This document shows positions 19,294 to 29,605 of a stretch of DNA of 64,000 nt, piece after piece (within the stretch, counting starts at the first letter, position 1; every line of letters starts with the position of its first letter). Origin of the DNA: an uncultured delta proteobacterium (GTDB lineage Bacteria > Desulfobacterota > Binatia > UBA9968). The stretch is from NCBI GenBank assembly GCA_963771465.1, contig CAVYTU010000013.1, forward strand, positions 384,001-448,000. The letters run 5' to 3'. The notes beneath the pieces were generated by a model that was not told where the DNA came from, made no database searches, and worked only from the letters and a program-made list of their open reading frames with translations. The position numbers and the translations under genes are program-made.

Positions 19294-20180
19294 TGGACGA
19301 GTCCAAAGCGTCCGAGAGCGAGGCGTTGATCAGAATCTTGCATCCGTCGGATTTTACCCCGGCGAGTTTCATCGCCTTCGCTCACGCGCTCAAGATCGCC
19401 CTACAATCCAACGCCGAATTGGAAATCGTCCACGTCGAACCGCACACAATCGGCAGCGACAAAGATGTTCACTGGAGTGAGTTCCCTGGCGTGCGCGAGA
19501 CTTTGGCACGTTGGCGTGTATTGCCCACCGATGCGGCGATCGATGAAGTCGCCCAGCTCGGTTTGCGCGTCAAAAAGATTCTCAATGCAGAGCGCGATGC
19601 GCTGGCGGCGATGACCCAATACTGTGAATCACATCCACCGGACTTGCTGGTGCTGGCGACCCACCAACGGGAAGGGTTTGAGCGCTGGCTGCATAAACCG
19701 GTGGCCGAGCCACTGGCGCGCCGCTCGCGTGCGCTGACACTATTCGTGCCGAGCCACGGGCAAGGATTTATCTCTCCGGCCGACGGCACGGTGACACTCA
19801 AGCGCATTCTCATTCCCGTCGATCATATCCCCAATGCGCAAGCGGCGATCGAAGAGACGTTTTTTCTCGCCGCGGGATTGGGCTGCAGTGATGTCGAGTT
19901 CAAATTGCTGCATGTCGGCACGGAGCGCGGCATGCCAACACTGTTCCTGCCGCATCACCCTGGTTTTAAGTGGGATGAGCGCATGCTCAATGGCGACGCG
20001 GTGGAAACGATTCTCCGAGAGACGACAATTTGGCAGCCGGATTTGATCGCGTTGACGACTCAGGGTCACAGGGATTTTCTCGACGCCCTGCGCGGCAGCA
20101 CGACGGAGCGAGTTTTGCGCGGCGCCCATTGCCCGGTATTGGCCGTGCCGGCGGATGAGTCGGCGCGGGCGCAAGCTTGA
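19290..20180 (+). CDS. Tandem-domain universal stress protein
   Basis: ILHPSDF and ILIPVD starts; GSTTERVLRGAHCPVL. Confidence 0.88.
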   Translation: MMDESKASESEALIRILHPSDFTPASFIAFAHALKIALQSNAELEIVHVEPHTIGSDKDVHWSEFPGVRETLARWRVLPTDAAIDEVAQLGLRVKKILNAERDALAAMTQYCESHPPDLLVLATHQREGFERWLHKPVAEPLARRSRALTLFVPSHGQGFISPADGTVTLKRILIPVDHIPNAQAAIEETFFLAAGLGCSDVEFKLLHVGTERGMPTLFLPHHPGFKWDERMLNGDAVETILRETTIWQPDLIALTTQGHRDFLDALRGSTTERVLRGAHCPVLAVPADESARAQA

Positions 20181-20311
20181 ACCACGACAGGAATTGAGGC
20201 GCGTTACTTAATCGATTCCAGTCCAATCGACACGACGATGACGGCTTCGATGGTCCCTCAGCGAGTATAATTTTGCCGGTGACTTGAGCGGGCAACCGTT
20301 TGCGACAGGAG

Positions 20312-23300
20312 TCATCGCGGTATCGCCGCCTGGTGCATGAGTAGCAGGCCTTCTGACCCGAGAACTACACGTATAGGGTGCGTTGCGCCGTCATCGACGA
20401 GCGGGATCTGCATGCTGCCGCTAGCCAACGGCACGCCATCGAGTTCAACAGATGACACCCCGCGCATTACCCCCTGTGGGTTCTCGACGACGATTTCATA
20501 ACGCGCCGAGTGATAGCGAAAAGTGATCTCGAAGCTGCGCCATGCATGCGGGATACAAGGATCGAGGTAAAGCCTCGTGCCGCGCAGACGGAAACCTAGT
20601 ATCCACTCGATACCAGCCCGGTACATCCAACCCGCTGATCCGGTGTACCACGTCCAGCCGCCGCGCCCGACGTGCGGCGGTTCGGCATAAATATCGCCGG
20701 CGACGACATAGGGCTCGACTTTGTAGCGATAAACGCCGGCACGGCTGCTCGCATGATTGATCGGGTTCAAGAGCGAGAAAAGTTCGCCGGCCTTGTCGCC
20801 GTCGCCGAGAGCGGCGAAAGCAATGACGGACCAGAGCGCGGCATGAGTATATTGGCCGCCGTTTTCGCGCACCCCGGGCAGGTACCCTTTAATGTAGCCT
20901 GGATCGGGGCTCCCACGGTCGAACGGCGGGCTGAACAGGAGCACGAGTCCCTCGGCACGGCGCACGAGATATTTCTCGACGGCTGCCATGGCTTGCGCTG
21001 CACGAGCCGGCTCAGCGGCACCGGAAATCACGCCCCAGGATTGCGCGATCGAATCGATGCGGCATTCGGCGTTCGCGGCGGAGCCGAGCGGCGTCCCATC
21101 GTCGAAGTAGGCGCGCCGATACCATTCGCCATCCCACGCTTCTCGTTCCACCGCTGCTTTAAGTGCACTGACATGCAGTCGCCAAGTCTCGGCGCGCTGG
21201 TGCTCGCCGCGAGCATCGGCCAGCCGGGCAAATTCCCAAAGCACGGTGTGAAGAAACCAAGCAAGCCAGACACTCTCGCCTTTTCCTGCGGATCCAACCC
21301 GGTTCATCCCATCGTTCCAGTCGCCCGTGCCGATCAGCGGAAGACCATGACTGCCAACGGCCAAACTGCGATCGAGAGCGCGAGCGCAGTGCTCGAACAA
21401 GGTGCCGGTTTGCGCGGAAACCCGGGGCTCGAAATACAAATCTTCCTGCTCCGCCGCGAGCGTGGAACCCTCGAGAAAGGGAACGACCTCATCAAGTAGT
21501 CCAAAATCGTCGGTGACTTCCAAGTATTGAACGACCGCATACGGCAGCCAGACGCGATCATCGGAGACCCGGGTGCGCACGCCGCGGCCCGATGGAGGAT
21601 GCCACCAATGTTGCACATCTCCCTCGACGAATTGACGCGCGGCGGCCCGCAGTAACTGCGCTCGCGCAATGTCTCGTTGCGCCAGCGCGAGCGCCATCAC
21701 GTCTTGAAGCTGATCGCGAAAACCGTACGCGCCGCCCGCTTGATAAAACGCCGAGCGGGACCAGACACGACAGGCCAGCGTCTGATAGAGCAGCCAACGA
21801 TTGAGCATAAAGTTCATGGCCCGATCGGGGGTTTTCACCTGCACAGTACCGAGAATGTCATCCCAGTACTGGGTAACCGCGCGCAGGAGCTCATCAAGGT
21901 CGGTATCGCGGTAACGCGCGATCAATGTTCGAGCTTCTTCCGCGCTCGCCGCCGAGCCGAGGAAAAAGACGATCTCCGCACGGCCCCCGGCGTTCAGTTC
22001 CACCGTCGTCTGCATTGCAGCGCATGGGTCGAGAGCCGCACCGACTTTGCCCGAGAAGCGATCCCCTCGTTCTAGAGATGCCGGATGATCGGGGGCACCG
22101 TGGCGACCCAGAAACTCCGTCCGATCACAAGTCCACGACGTTTGCTGGCCGCGCATATCGGCAAACGCAACACGGCCAGCGAACTCGCTATTCCAAGCGT
22201 TACGCGCGAAGATTGCCCGGGTTTGCTCGTCGACCTCGGTGACAACGAAGGGAGCGGATGCGCTCCGTGAAGCGCCCAGCACCCACTCGACGTACGCGGT
22301 CACCGACACGCGCCGTGATCGGTCAGAGCGATTCTCAATCGTGAGACGGGAGATTTTAATTGGGTCCGCGAGCGGCACGAACTGTAAATGGTCAAGCGCG
22401 AGTCCATGCGACTCGTGCTCGAAGCGGCTGTAGCCCTGGCCATGTCGGGCGGTATAGGGCCAGGCCTCCTCGCGGATCGGCAGCACCGTGGGATTCCACA
22501 ACTCGCCAGTCTCTTCGTCACGCACGTATATCGTCTCGCCGGGCGGGTCGCTGACCGGGTCATTGGACCACGGTGTGAGCTGGTTCTCGCGGCTGTTGAG
22601 CGACCAGGTATAACCCGCGCCTGATTCAGACACCTGAAAGCCGAAGGAAGGATTCGCGACCACGTTGATCCAGGGCGCCGGCGTCCATTGTCCCTCGCCG
22701 AGAATCGTCACGTATTCACGGCCGTCGGCGGTGAAACCGCCCAGGCCATTGAAGAATTCCAGTTCCGGCCGCGCCGGCAAGACATCCACTGCCTTACTCG
22801 CCGGCGGACGCCGTTGGCGCGCAAGCGCAGGCGTTCGGGATCGTTGCTGACGTTCCACTTGCTCGGCCAAGGTGCCGCGGCGGCTCAAGAGCACGGCCCG
22901 GGCGGCAGACTGGAGCAGTGCGCGATCCTCAGCCGAAATGAGATCGCCGCGGAGAATAAAAACATTGCCGAATGAGCCCGGCTCCTCCTGCAGGCGCGAC
23001 TGGCTGGCCCGAACCTGGCTCTCCAAAGCGTCCTGAAGATTTTGCGCGTAGGAGGAGGGCTGTTCGTTCAAGATCACAAGATCGACCGCCAACTGTTTGA
23101 TTCGCCAGTATTCGTGGGCGCGGAGCAACTGACGTACGATACTCTGGTCTTCAGCTTCATCGATGCGCACGAGCACGACGGGCAGGTCGCCGGAAATTCC
23201 GTGGCGCCAAAGTCCCGACGGCCCGCGCTTATTACCCATGAGCACCGCAGAGGACGGTCGCAGCGTCGCGTCCGAGTACAAGATGAGGCCGGCTAATTCT

Positions 23301-26300
23301 TGGAAAAGGTAGGCCTCATCGGCGTCGATCCCGAGATGACGCAACTGGACCTGGGCCTGCGTCCACGCCAAGGTCGCGGCGCGCTCAAAGGTTGCTGGAT
23401 TATTGTATTCGTCCGCCAGGGCGAGAGCCTCATCGCGCGATGACGCGATGAGTGTCGAGAACGTAACCCGAGCGGTGGCTCCCGGCGCAAGCCGTACACA
23501 GCGCCTGAGACTGGTGATCGGGTCGAGCACCGCGCCGACCGTGTTGGAGAGCGGGTGGCCGTCGATGACCGACATGGGCGTGCGGATGCCGCGACCGCGG
23601 CCGAGAAACCGGCTGCGATCGGTCTCATATTCCAACTCGCCGACGGTTACTCCTTCGGCGACAACCACGTGCACCGCCCAGAACTGGGGCTCGCCGTGGG
23701 TTCGTGGCCGGCGCGTCGCGAGCAGTGCGCCGAGCTCGGCAACGTATTCCGTCTGCACGAACAGATTGGAAAAAGCCGGATGAGCCGCATCCGCTGCCGG
23801 GGTTGCTAGAACGATCTCGGCGTACGATGTCAGCTCAACTTCTCGGCTTGGCGCGCCGAGATTCGTGATCGACAGCCGGCGTACTTCCGCGTCGTGCTCC
23901 GGCGAAACCACGATTTCAAGGTTGGTCACGATCGCGCCATCGCGCCTGCGGATCTCTGCGCGATCTTCGGAAAAAGCGACTTCATAGGTGTCCGGTTCGA
24001 CGCCGCTTGGCTGGTATCCAGCCGACCAGACCTGGCTGGTGGATCTGTCGCGCAGAAAAAAATACGTCCCCCAGCTGTCGCGCGTCCGGTCCTCGCGCCA
24101 GCGTGTAACCGCAAGGTCGCGCCAGTGGCTGTAACCGGAGCCCGCGGTGGTGACCATCACCGAATATCGTCCGTTGGAGAGGAGATGAACGCAGGGAGTC
24201 GCGTCGTGCGGCGAGTCGAAGTGACGAAGCACCGGTGGAACGAGATCGCGGACGTTGGCGACGGCACGCACCTCGTCAACCCTGGGCCGGGTGACCAAGA
24301 CGTCGCGTGGAGTGCGTTCCTGCAGCAACAACTCGGTGGCTTGCATGCGCGGCTCGGCGTGAAAGCGCGTGCGCATCACCCCGTCGTGGAGGACGTTTGC
24401 GAGCGCCACGAGCGACATCCCTTGATGATGCGCCATGTAGGCGCGCACGACGGCCACGCGTTGGTCTTCCGGGACTCGTTCGGCCGTGTAATCGAGCGCT
24501 TCATAAAAGCCATATGGGCCGCTCGCGCCGGCCTGGGCGAGATCTATGAAATTCTGAACGGCCGCCTCGGCGTCAATCATCGCGGCCAGCGCCGTCGCAT
24601 AAGGCGCGACTACCACGTCTTCGCTAAGCCCCCGTTTGAGCCCCAGCCCGGGCACGCCAAAATTTGAGTACTGGTAGGTCAGCTCAATATCGCGCGCGTT
24701 ATAGGCCGATTCTGAAACGCCCCACGGAACGCCGCGTTCGGTTCCATATTTTCGCTGACGGCGAACGATGAGAGAACAAGTCTGACCTAACAGACTGCCC
24801 GACGGCGAGCGCATGACGAGCACGGGCATGAGGTACTCGAACATCGACCCGGACCAGGAGACCAGCGCAGACCCCGTATCGACTGGCGTCAAAGCGCGAC
24901 CGAGGTGAAACCAATGGCTTGCCGGAACGTCCCCCTTCGCAATGGCAATAAAGCTTGTGAGCCGCGCCTCGGACGCCAGCAGATCGTAACAACTTGGGTC
25001 GAGGCTGTTATCGGCAACGCGGTAGCCGATCGAGAATAGCTTGCGGGTGGGGTCGAAGAGAAAGCCGAAATCCATCGTGTCGAACATCGTTTTCGTGTGC
25101 GCTACGAGCGTTGAAAGGCGGCGGCCCAGCGCTTCACAGGCTGTGGCAGAACGTGTGAGACCCTCTATGAGCGCATCGATTTCGCCAAGAGCATCGCTCT
25201 TCGCAGCGCTGTCCTTTGCCGCCCGTTCGCGGAGCGTCGTGAGTTCGCGTCTGGCGGTTTCGCAGCGGTCCGGCGCATCGGCCAGGGTCGGGACCGAGAG
25301 AAAAACGCGCACCATCGTTGTCGAAACCAAATCTTCTTCGGGCTTGCGATTTAGGGGAGCCTTGCCAAAGACAAGGCGCGCCCAGGGCATTACCGCGTCG
25401 AGATCGCGCCCATGACTTTCGATGGCCGCTCGCACAGCCTCGGCCCAGGCGAGCAACTCCCCCTCCGCGCTGTCGCCCCGTTCCGCAGTCAGCGTGCGCG
25501 CAATATCTGACATCGTCTGAGCGCGCGCCTCGAGCTCAGTAAGGCGCACGAGCCAATCAGCTGGAGTCATAGCGGCCGGACTCAGAGCGGCGCTCAAGGC
25601 ATCGATTGCTTCATCCAACTGTTTCCGCGTGACCGTTTGGGTGCGCCGGTCGTCGACGACCGCACGTACCGCTTGACGGAGAAGCAGGATGGCATCGGCG
25701 ATTCCAGCGAGTGTATGCGGGCCGAGCAGCGGGCGGTCGATGATCTCTTGGCACGCCTGTCCAAATGCGATGAGGTGGCCGGCGAGGTTTCCACTATCGA
25801 CCGAGGATATGTATTTAGGATCAAGCGGACGGAGGTCACGCGTATCATACCAGTTATAGAAGTGACCGCGAAAACGATCGAGGCTGTTCATGGTGCCGAG
25901 CGTCGATTCGAGCCGCTCAAGTGCGCTCACCGTGCCGATCCAGCCGAAATCGCGCGCCGCGATGATGGAGAGCAGATATAGCCCTATGTTGGTCGGTGAG
26001 GTGCGATGGGCCACGACCGGTGTCGGCGTTTCCTGAAAATTGTCGGGAGGAAGCGCGTGGTCTTCCGGGCCGACAAAGGTTTCGAAGAACCGCCAAGTGC
26101 GCCGCGCGGTTAAGCGCAGCATACGAACGTCGTCCGCCGAGAGAGGCTGAGCCGCAGCCGCGCGCGGTGGCAGGCTGATCCAATAAGCCACCATCGGCGA
26201 TAGAGCCCAGAGAATAGCGAACAGCACCGCAATCCACCGGACTTCCGGCGGCTGGGACGCAACAAGGATCGCTACCGCGGCAGCGATGACTACCGTGCCG

Positions 26301-29179
26301 CCCATGCGGCGATAGAAGCTGCTAAGCCTGAGATCAAAACCGGCCTTCGCCTGCGCTGCCGTCACCCACTCAAGGAGCTTTCTGCGTGTCACATAGACGC
26401 GTGACAGAGTCCGGACGATCGCGTCGGTCATCAACCATGCCTGGTCGGCAAGTAATGTGACCGTGAGTGCGACATGCGAGGCGGCAAGCACCAGATCGGT
26501 GGCGATCGCCCGGGCATGGCTGCGTTTTGAAATCCCGCGGCGATACGGGATCAGCCCAGTCAAGAGGACGGGCATAAGCGGCGGAACGGCGATGGTTGCG
26601 AGGACGAACATCGTCCAGATCACAGGCGAAGGGAGCGGCAGCGTCCAACCGGCCATCAAGGCCAAAAGGGCAGCCGGGGCAGACAGCGTGCGCCTGAGGT
26701 TATCGAGCATTTTCCAGCGGCCGATCAGCGGAATCGTGGCATCGGGCCGACCGCGCCCCATGTCCGGTGCGTGCCCTATGATCCACGGCAGCAACTGCCA
26801 ATCACCGCGCGCCCAGCGATGCTGGCGGACCACGGCAACCTCGTAGTGCGCGGGAAACTCCTCGAAGAACTCGATATCGGTGACCAGTCCCGCCCGCGCA
26901 AAGATGCCTTCAAAAAGATCATGACTTAATAAGGCATTCTCCGGCACCCTTTCGGCGAGCGCGGCTTCGAATGCATCGACATCATAAATGCCTTTGCCGA
27001 TGTAAGAACCTTCACCGAAAAGATCCTGATAGACGTCGGATACGGCAGAGGCGTACGGGTCGATGCCAGCCGGCCCCGAGGAGATCCTCTGGAAAAGAGA
27101 ACCCTCACGATCGGTTGGGAGGGTCGGTGTGACGCGCGGTTGAAGCAATGCGTAGCCCTCAACGACTCGGCCGATGCGAGGGTCAAACCGAGGCCGGTGA
27201 AGGGGATGCGCCATCGTGCCCACCAATCGGCAAGCGGCCCCCCGTGGCAACCGCGTGTCGGCATCCAGTGTGATGACGTAGCGGACACCAGGAGGCGCGA
27301 TAGGTGCTCCACCGCCCGTTGGTACGAAGGTCGTGTCTGTGGCGCCACGCAACACACGATTCAGTTCATGGAGCTTTCCGCGTTTGCGTTCCCAGCCGAT
27401 CCACTTTTGCTCGCTCTCGTTCCAGCCGCGCCGGCGGTGGCAGAGAAAAAATCGCTCGCCCCCATCCGGGGCGGGTCCATGGCTTCGGTTCAGCCGCGCG
27501 ATCCCCGCAACCGTCGCAGCCAGCAGTTCGTCGTCTCCCGGCATGGTTTCCTGGGGGGCGTCTATCCAGTCGGAAAGGAGCGCGAAACGAAGATCGCCAT
27601 CGGGATTCGCCAGGTAGTGCACTTCGAGCTGCTCGATTTGCTCCGCAATCTGGGCGTGACCGGTCAGGAGAGTCGGCACGACTACCAACGTCCGCAAATC
27701 CGCCGGCACTCCGTCACGGAGCGCAAGCCGGGGCATCGCCCGTGGCCCGAGGATTTCCATGACTTCGCGATTCACCATTGCGATCACCAGTTCCGAGGCC
27801 GGGATGAGAGCGAGAAGCCCGAGTAGCACCAGACCTAGTCCACCCAACTCCGCTGCGCCGGAAGTGTACAGGAACAAAGTGAGGAAGAGGCCAGTGACAA
27901 GCGCGATGGTTCCAAGGTAGCGTGACGCCGCGTGCGCCATAAAGAGGCGAATAAGCCGGCTCCTGAGGGGAACGCGAAAGCTGAGTTCGGGCTCCAAGAT
28001 GGCACGCCCTTTCGAGATGAGATAATAGCCGGGGTCGCCGCGGCGGTCCGCGCTTGGGTCAGTTCCTTCTTGCACTTTGTCGCGAAAGCTTTTCGCGTGA
28101 GAAACCGCCCGCCGGGCAACTTCTCGCTCATCGTAGGGTGAGCAGCGAGAGAGTTCTTCGATGGCGCGGCGGTAACGATCTCGTGTCGGAAAATCCGGAG
28201 CGGCGAAGTCCGTGTCGGTCCAAAGTATGGCGTCGACGAGACTCACGTTCTCAAAGAATTCCGACCAATCGAAGGCGGAAATCAGGCGCATGCTGGTAAT
28301 CACGTTGCGCACGGTCACGTTCATCGCCGCCTGCCGTTGATGCTCGACCCGGACAATCTCATCAGACGTTGTGCCCTGACCCTCTAGCTGTTGCTCGAGC
28401 CACTGGAGCGCCGGCGTGATCGCCGGGTCCTGATCGCGCAGGCGCTGAACAAGCTGTACGGCAAAAGCCGGCGCCAGCGGGCCGCCCTCAAATTGTCGCA
28501 GCATCCTCGCAGCAGACTTGATGGGACGGCCGCTGAGACCGAGCAGGCGGTCAGCTACGGCGTCGGCTTCTTGGCGCGCGGCACGTTCATGCACGATGTG
28601 CTGGGTCAGGCGCCGGAGATTCTCGACGAGCACCACACGCACGGTGATGGCTACCGCCCAGAGCTCGCCGATCGTCAGCGGCTGCACACGTTGGTATGAG
28701 CGCACGAACCGACGCAGCATTTCCGGGTCAAACCGGCTGTCGGTATGGGCGACAAATGCCCAGGCCAGTCCGTAGACACGCGGATACCGCTCGAGTGGAC
28801 CCTCGGCCAGCTTAGGCAGTTCCCGATAATAGCCGGGTGGCAAGTCGTCCTGAATCTCGCGCAGCTGTTCGTCGACGATGTGATAATTGTCGACTAGCCA
28901 TTCCGCTGCAGGTGTGATGGCATACTCCTGCCGAATCGCCTGGGCGATGGCACGATATGATTCTAGCAGCACTCGGCCGTTGTCGATGACGCGCGGCAAT
29001 AACGGCCGCCCTTTGCGCGGTGTCGTTGTGACGCGCTGAGCCGCGGCAAGGCTTTCGCCGTGCTGCTCGAGACGTTCGGCGCTGAAAAGTTCAGCCCGAA
29101 TCGGCTCTTCGAGCTGCGAAAGTGCGATGGCCTCTGAATGGTTTTTACGTAATAGGTTCTGAGAAAATAACGATTTCAA
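20312..29179 (-). CDS. ndvB: Cyclic beta-1,2-glucan synthase / GH94 phosphorylase (Cgs/NdvB/ChvB)
   Basis: 2955 aa; EWLVDNY, WERKRGKL, TLDADT, LLSHDLFEG, RWARGDWQ, SWSGSMFEYLMP, GFRDQLQD, GDWNDG, RENGGQYTH. Confidence 0.93.
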   Translation of the reverse strand: MKSLFSQNLLRKNHSEAIALSQLEEPIRAELFSAERLEQHGESLAAAQRVTTTPRKGRPLLPRVIDNGRVLLESYRAIAQAIRQEYAITPAAEWLVDNYHIVDEQLREIQDDLPPGYYRELPKLAEGPLERYPRVYGLAWAFVAHTDSRFDPEMLRRFVRSYQRVQPLTIGELWAVAITVRVVLVENLRRLTQHIVHERAARQEADAVADRLLGLSGRPIKSAARMLRQFEGGPLAPAFAVQLVQRLRDQDPAITPALQWLEQQLEGQGTTSDEIVRVEHQRQAAMNVTVRNVITSMRLISAFDWSEFFENVSLVDAILWTDTDFAAPDFPTRDRYRRAIEELSRCSPYDEREVARRAVSHAKSFRDKVQEGTDPSADRRGDPGYYLISKGRAILEPELSFRVPLRSRLIRLFMAHAASRYLGTIALVTGLFLTLFLYTSGAAELGGLGLVLLGLLALIPASELVIAMVNREVMEILGPRAMPRLALRDGVPADLRTLVVVPTLLTGHAQIAEQIEQLEVHYLANPDGDLRFALLSDWIDAPQETMPGDDELLAATVAGIARLNRSHGPAPDGGERFFLCHRRRGWNESEQKWIGWERKRGKLHELNRVLRGATDTTFVPTGGGAPIAPPGVRYVITLDADTRLPRGAACRLVGTMAHPLHRPRFDPRIGRVVEGYALLQPRVTPTLPTDREGSLFQRISSGPAGIDPYASAVSDVYQDLFGEGSYIGKGIYDVDAFEAALAERVPENALLSHDLFEGIFARAGLVTDIEFFEEFPAHYEVAVVRQHRWARGDWQLLPWIIGHAPDMGRGRPDATIPLIGRWKMLDNLRRTLSAPAALLALMAGWTLPLPSPVIWTMFVLATIAVPPLMPVLLTGLIPYRRGISKRSHARAIATDLVLAASHVALTVTLLADQAWLMTDAIVRTLSRVYVTRRKLLEWVTAAQAKAGFDLRLSSFYRRMGGTVVIAAAVAILVASQPPEVRWIAVLFAILWALSPMVAYWISLPPRAAAAQPLSADDVRMLRLTARRTWRFFETFVGPEDHALPPDNFQETPTPVVAHRTSPTNIGLYLLSIIAARDFGWIGTVSALERLESTLGTMNSLDRFRGHFYNWYDTRDLRPLDPKYISSVDSGNLAGHLIAFGQACQEIIDRPLLGPHTLAGIADAILLLRQAVRAVVDDRRTQTVTRKQLDEAIDALSAALSPAAMTPADWLVRLTELEARAQTMSDIARTLTAERGDSAEGELLAWAEAVRAAIESHGRDLDAVMPWARLVFGKAPLNRKPEEDLVSTTMVRVFLSVPTLADAPDRCETARRELTTLRERAAKDSAAKSDALGEIDALIEGLTRSATACEALGRRLSTLVAHTKTMFDTMDFGFLFDPTRKLFSIGYRVADNSLDPSCYDLLASEARLTSFIAIAKGDVPASHWFHLGRALTPVDTGSALVSWSGSMFEYLMPVLVMRSPSGSLLGQTCSLIVRRQRKYGTERGVPWGVSESAYNARDIELTYQYSNFGVPGLGLKRGLSEDVVVAPYATALAAMIDAEAAVQNFIDLAQAGASGPYGFYEALDYTAERVPEDQRVAVVRAYMAHHQGMSLVALANVLHDGVMRTRFHAEPRMQATELLLQERTPRDVLVTRPRVDEVRAVANVRDLVPPVLRHFDSPHDATPCVHLLSNGRYSVMVTTAGSGYSHWRDLAVTRWREDRTRDSWGTYFFLRDRSTSQVWSAGYQPSGVEPDTYEVAFSEDRAEIRRRDGAIVTNLEIVVSPEHDAEVRRLSITNLGAPSREVELTSYAEIVLATPAADAAHPAFSNLFVQTEYVAELGALLATRRPRTHGEPQFWAVHVVVAEGVTVGELEYETDRSRFLGRGRGIRTPMSVIDGHPLSNTVGAVLDPITSLRRCVRLAPGATARVTFSTLIASSRDEALALADEYNNPATFERAATLAWTQAQVQLRHLGIDADEAYLFQELAGLILYSDATLRPSSAVLMGNKRGPSGLWRHGISGDLPVVLVRIDEAEDQSIVRQLLRAHEYWRIKQLAVDLVILNEQPSSYAQNLQDALESQVRASQSRLQEEPGSFGNVFILRGDLISAEDRALLQSAARAVLLSRRGTLAEQVERQQRSRTPALARQRRPPASKAVDVLPARPELEFFNGLGGFTADGREYVTILGEGQWTPAPWINVVANPSFGFQVSESGAGYTWSLNSRENQLTPWSNDPVSDPPGETIYVRDEETGELWNPTVLPIREEAWPYTARHGQGYSRFEHESHGLALDHLQFVPLADPIKISRLTIENRSDRSRRVSVTAYVEWVLGASRSASAPFVVTEVDEQTRAIFARNAWNSEFAGRVAFADMRGQQTSWTCDRTEFLGRHGAPDHPASLERGDRFSGKVGAALDPCAAMQTTVELNAGGRAEIVFFLGSAASAEEARTLIARYRDTDLDELLRAVTQYWDDILGTVQVKTPDRAMNFMLNRWLLYQTLACRVWSRSAFYQAGGAYGFRDQLQDVMALALAQRDIARAQLLRAAARQFVEGDVQHWWHPPSGRGVRTRVSDDRVWLPYAVVQYLEVTDDFGLLDEVVPFLEGSTLAAEQEDLYFEPRVSAQTGTLFEHCARALDRSLAVGSHGLPLIGTGDWNDGMNRVGSAGKGESVWLAWFLHTVLWEFARLADARGEHQRAETWRLHVSALKAAVEREAWDGEWYRRAYFDDGTPLGSAANAECRIDSIAQSWGVISGAAEPARAAQAMAAVEKYLVRRAEGLVLLFSPPFDRGSPDPGYIKGYLPGVRENGGQYTHAALWSVIAFAALGDGDKAGELFSLLNPINHASSRAGVYRYKVEPYVVAGDIYAEPPHVGRGGWTWYTGSAGWMYRAGIEWILGFRLRGTRLYLDPCIPHAWRSFEITFRYHSARYEIVVENPQGVMRGVSSVELDGVPLASGSMQIPLVDDGATHPIRVVLGSEGLLLMHQAAIPR

Positions 29180-29397
29180 TCCACATACCTCACGGTCGTC
29201 ATGGCGCGGGTCCGGCGCATACGCAGGTTATCAAGTTCAGCAGTCGTGAGGAACATGGGAGCCGGGAAATGTTGAACGGACGGAAGAGTCACGCGATCTA
29301 CGCGTCATTTTAAATCAATGCGCCGGACCGAGAGACATGATTCACCGAGAATATTTTCCGCACTGCGACTGGCGAGCAGGAGCAACCGCGGTCGATG

Positions 29398-29470
29398 AAA
29401 AAACCTCCAATGCCGTCAAATCTGCTCATTTGGAGTAGCGTAGGTTAAGGACACCGAGAATTTGCTTCAT
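29398..29470 (-). promoter_or_regulatory. Putative attenuator in the ndvB leader (uORF plus GU-rich hairpin plus U6)
   Basis: uORF MKQILGVLNLRYSK (29470-29426) overlaps the 5' arm CGGTGTC, which can pair with GGCATTG, followed by TTTTTT. Confidence 0.4.
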
Positions 29471-29605
29471 GAAGGTGAAGCCGCTCTGCGCTCGAACGAC
29501 ACTTATGCGGTGACGCCAAAAATTATTATCTAGACGCCGCGCAGCGAGCCAGCGCCAACCGAGATTGAGAAGTGTTCCCATCGGAATGGTCGTTAGAGAT
29601 TTCAG

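Noticed and set aside
20542-28775. Many plus-strand ORFs inside ndvB (also 4022-4900, 35209-36144, 38160-38819)
   Set aside because: Antisense shadows of GC-rich coding sequence with no protein motifs
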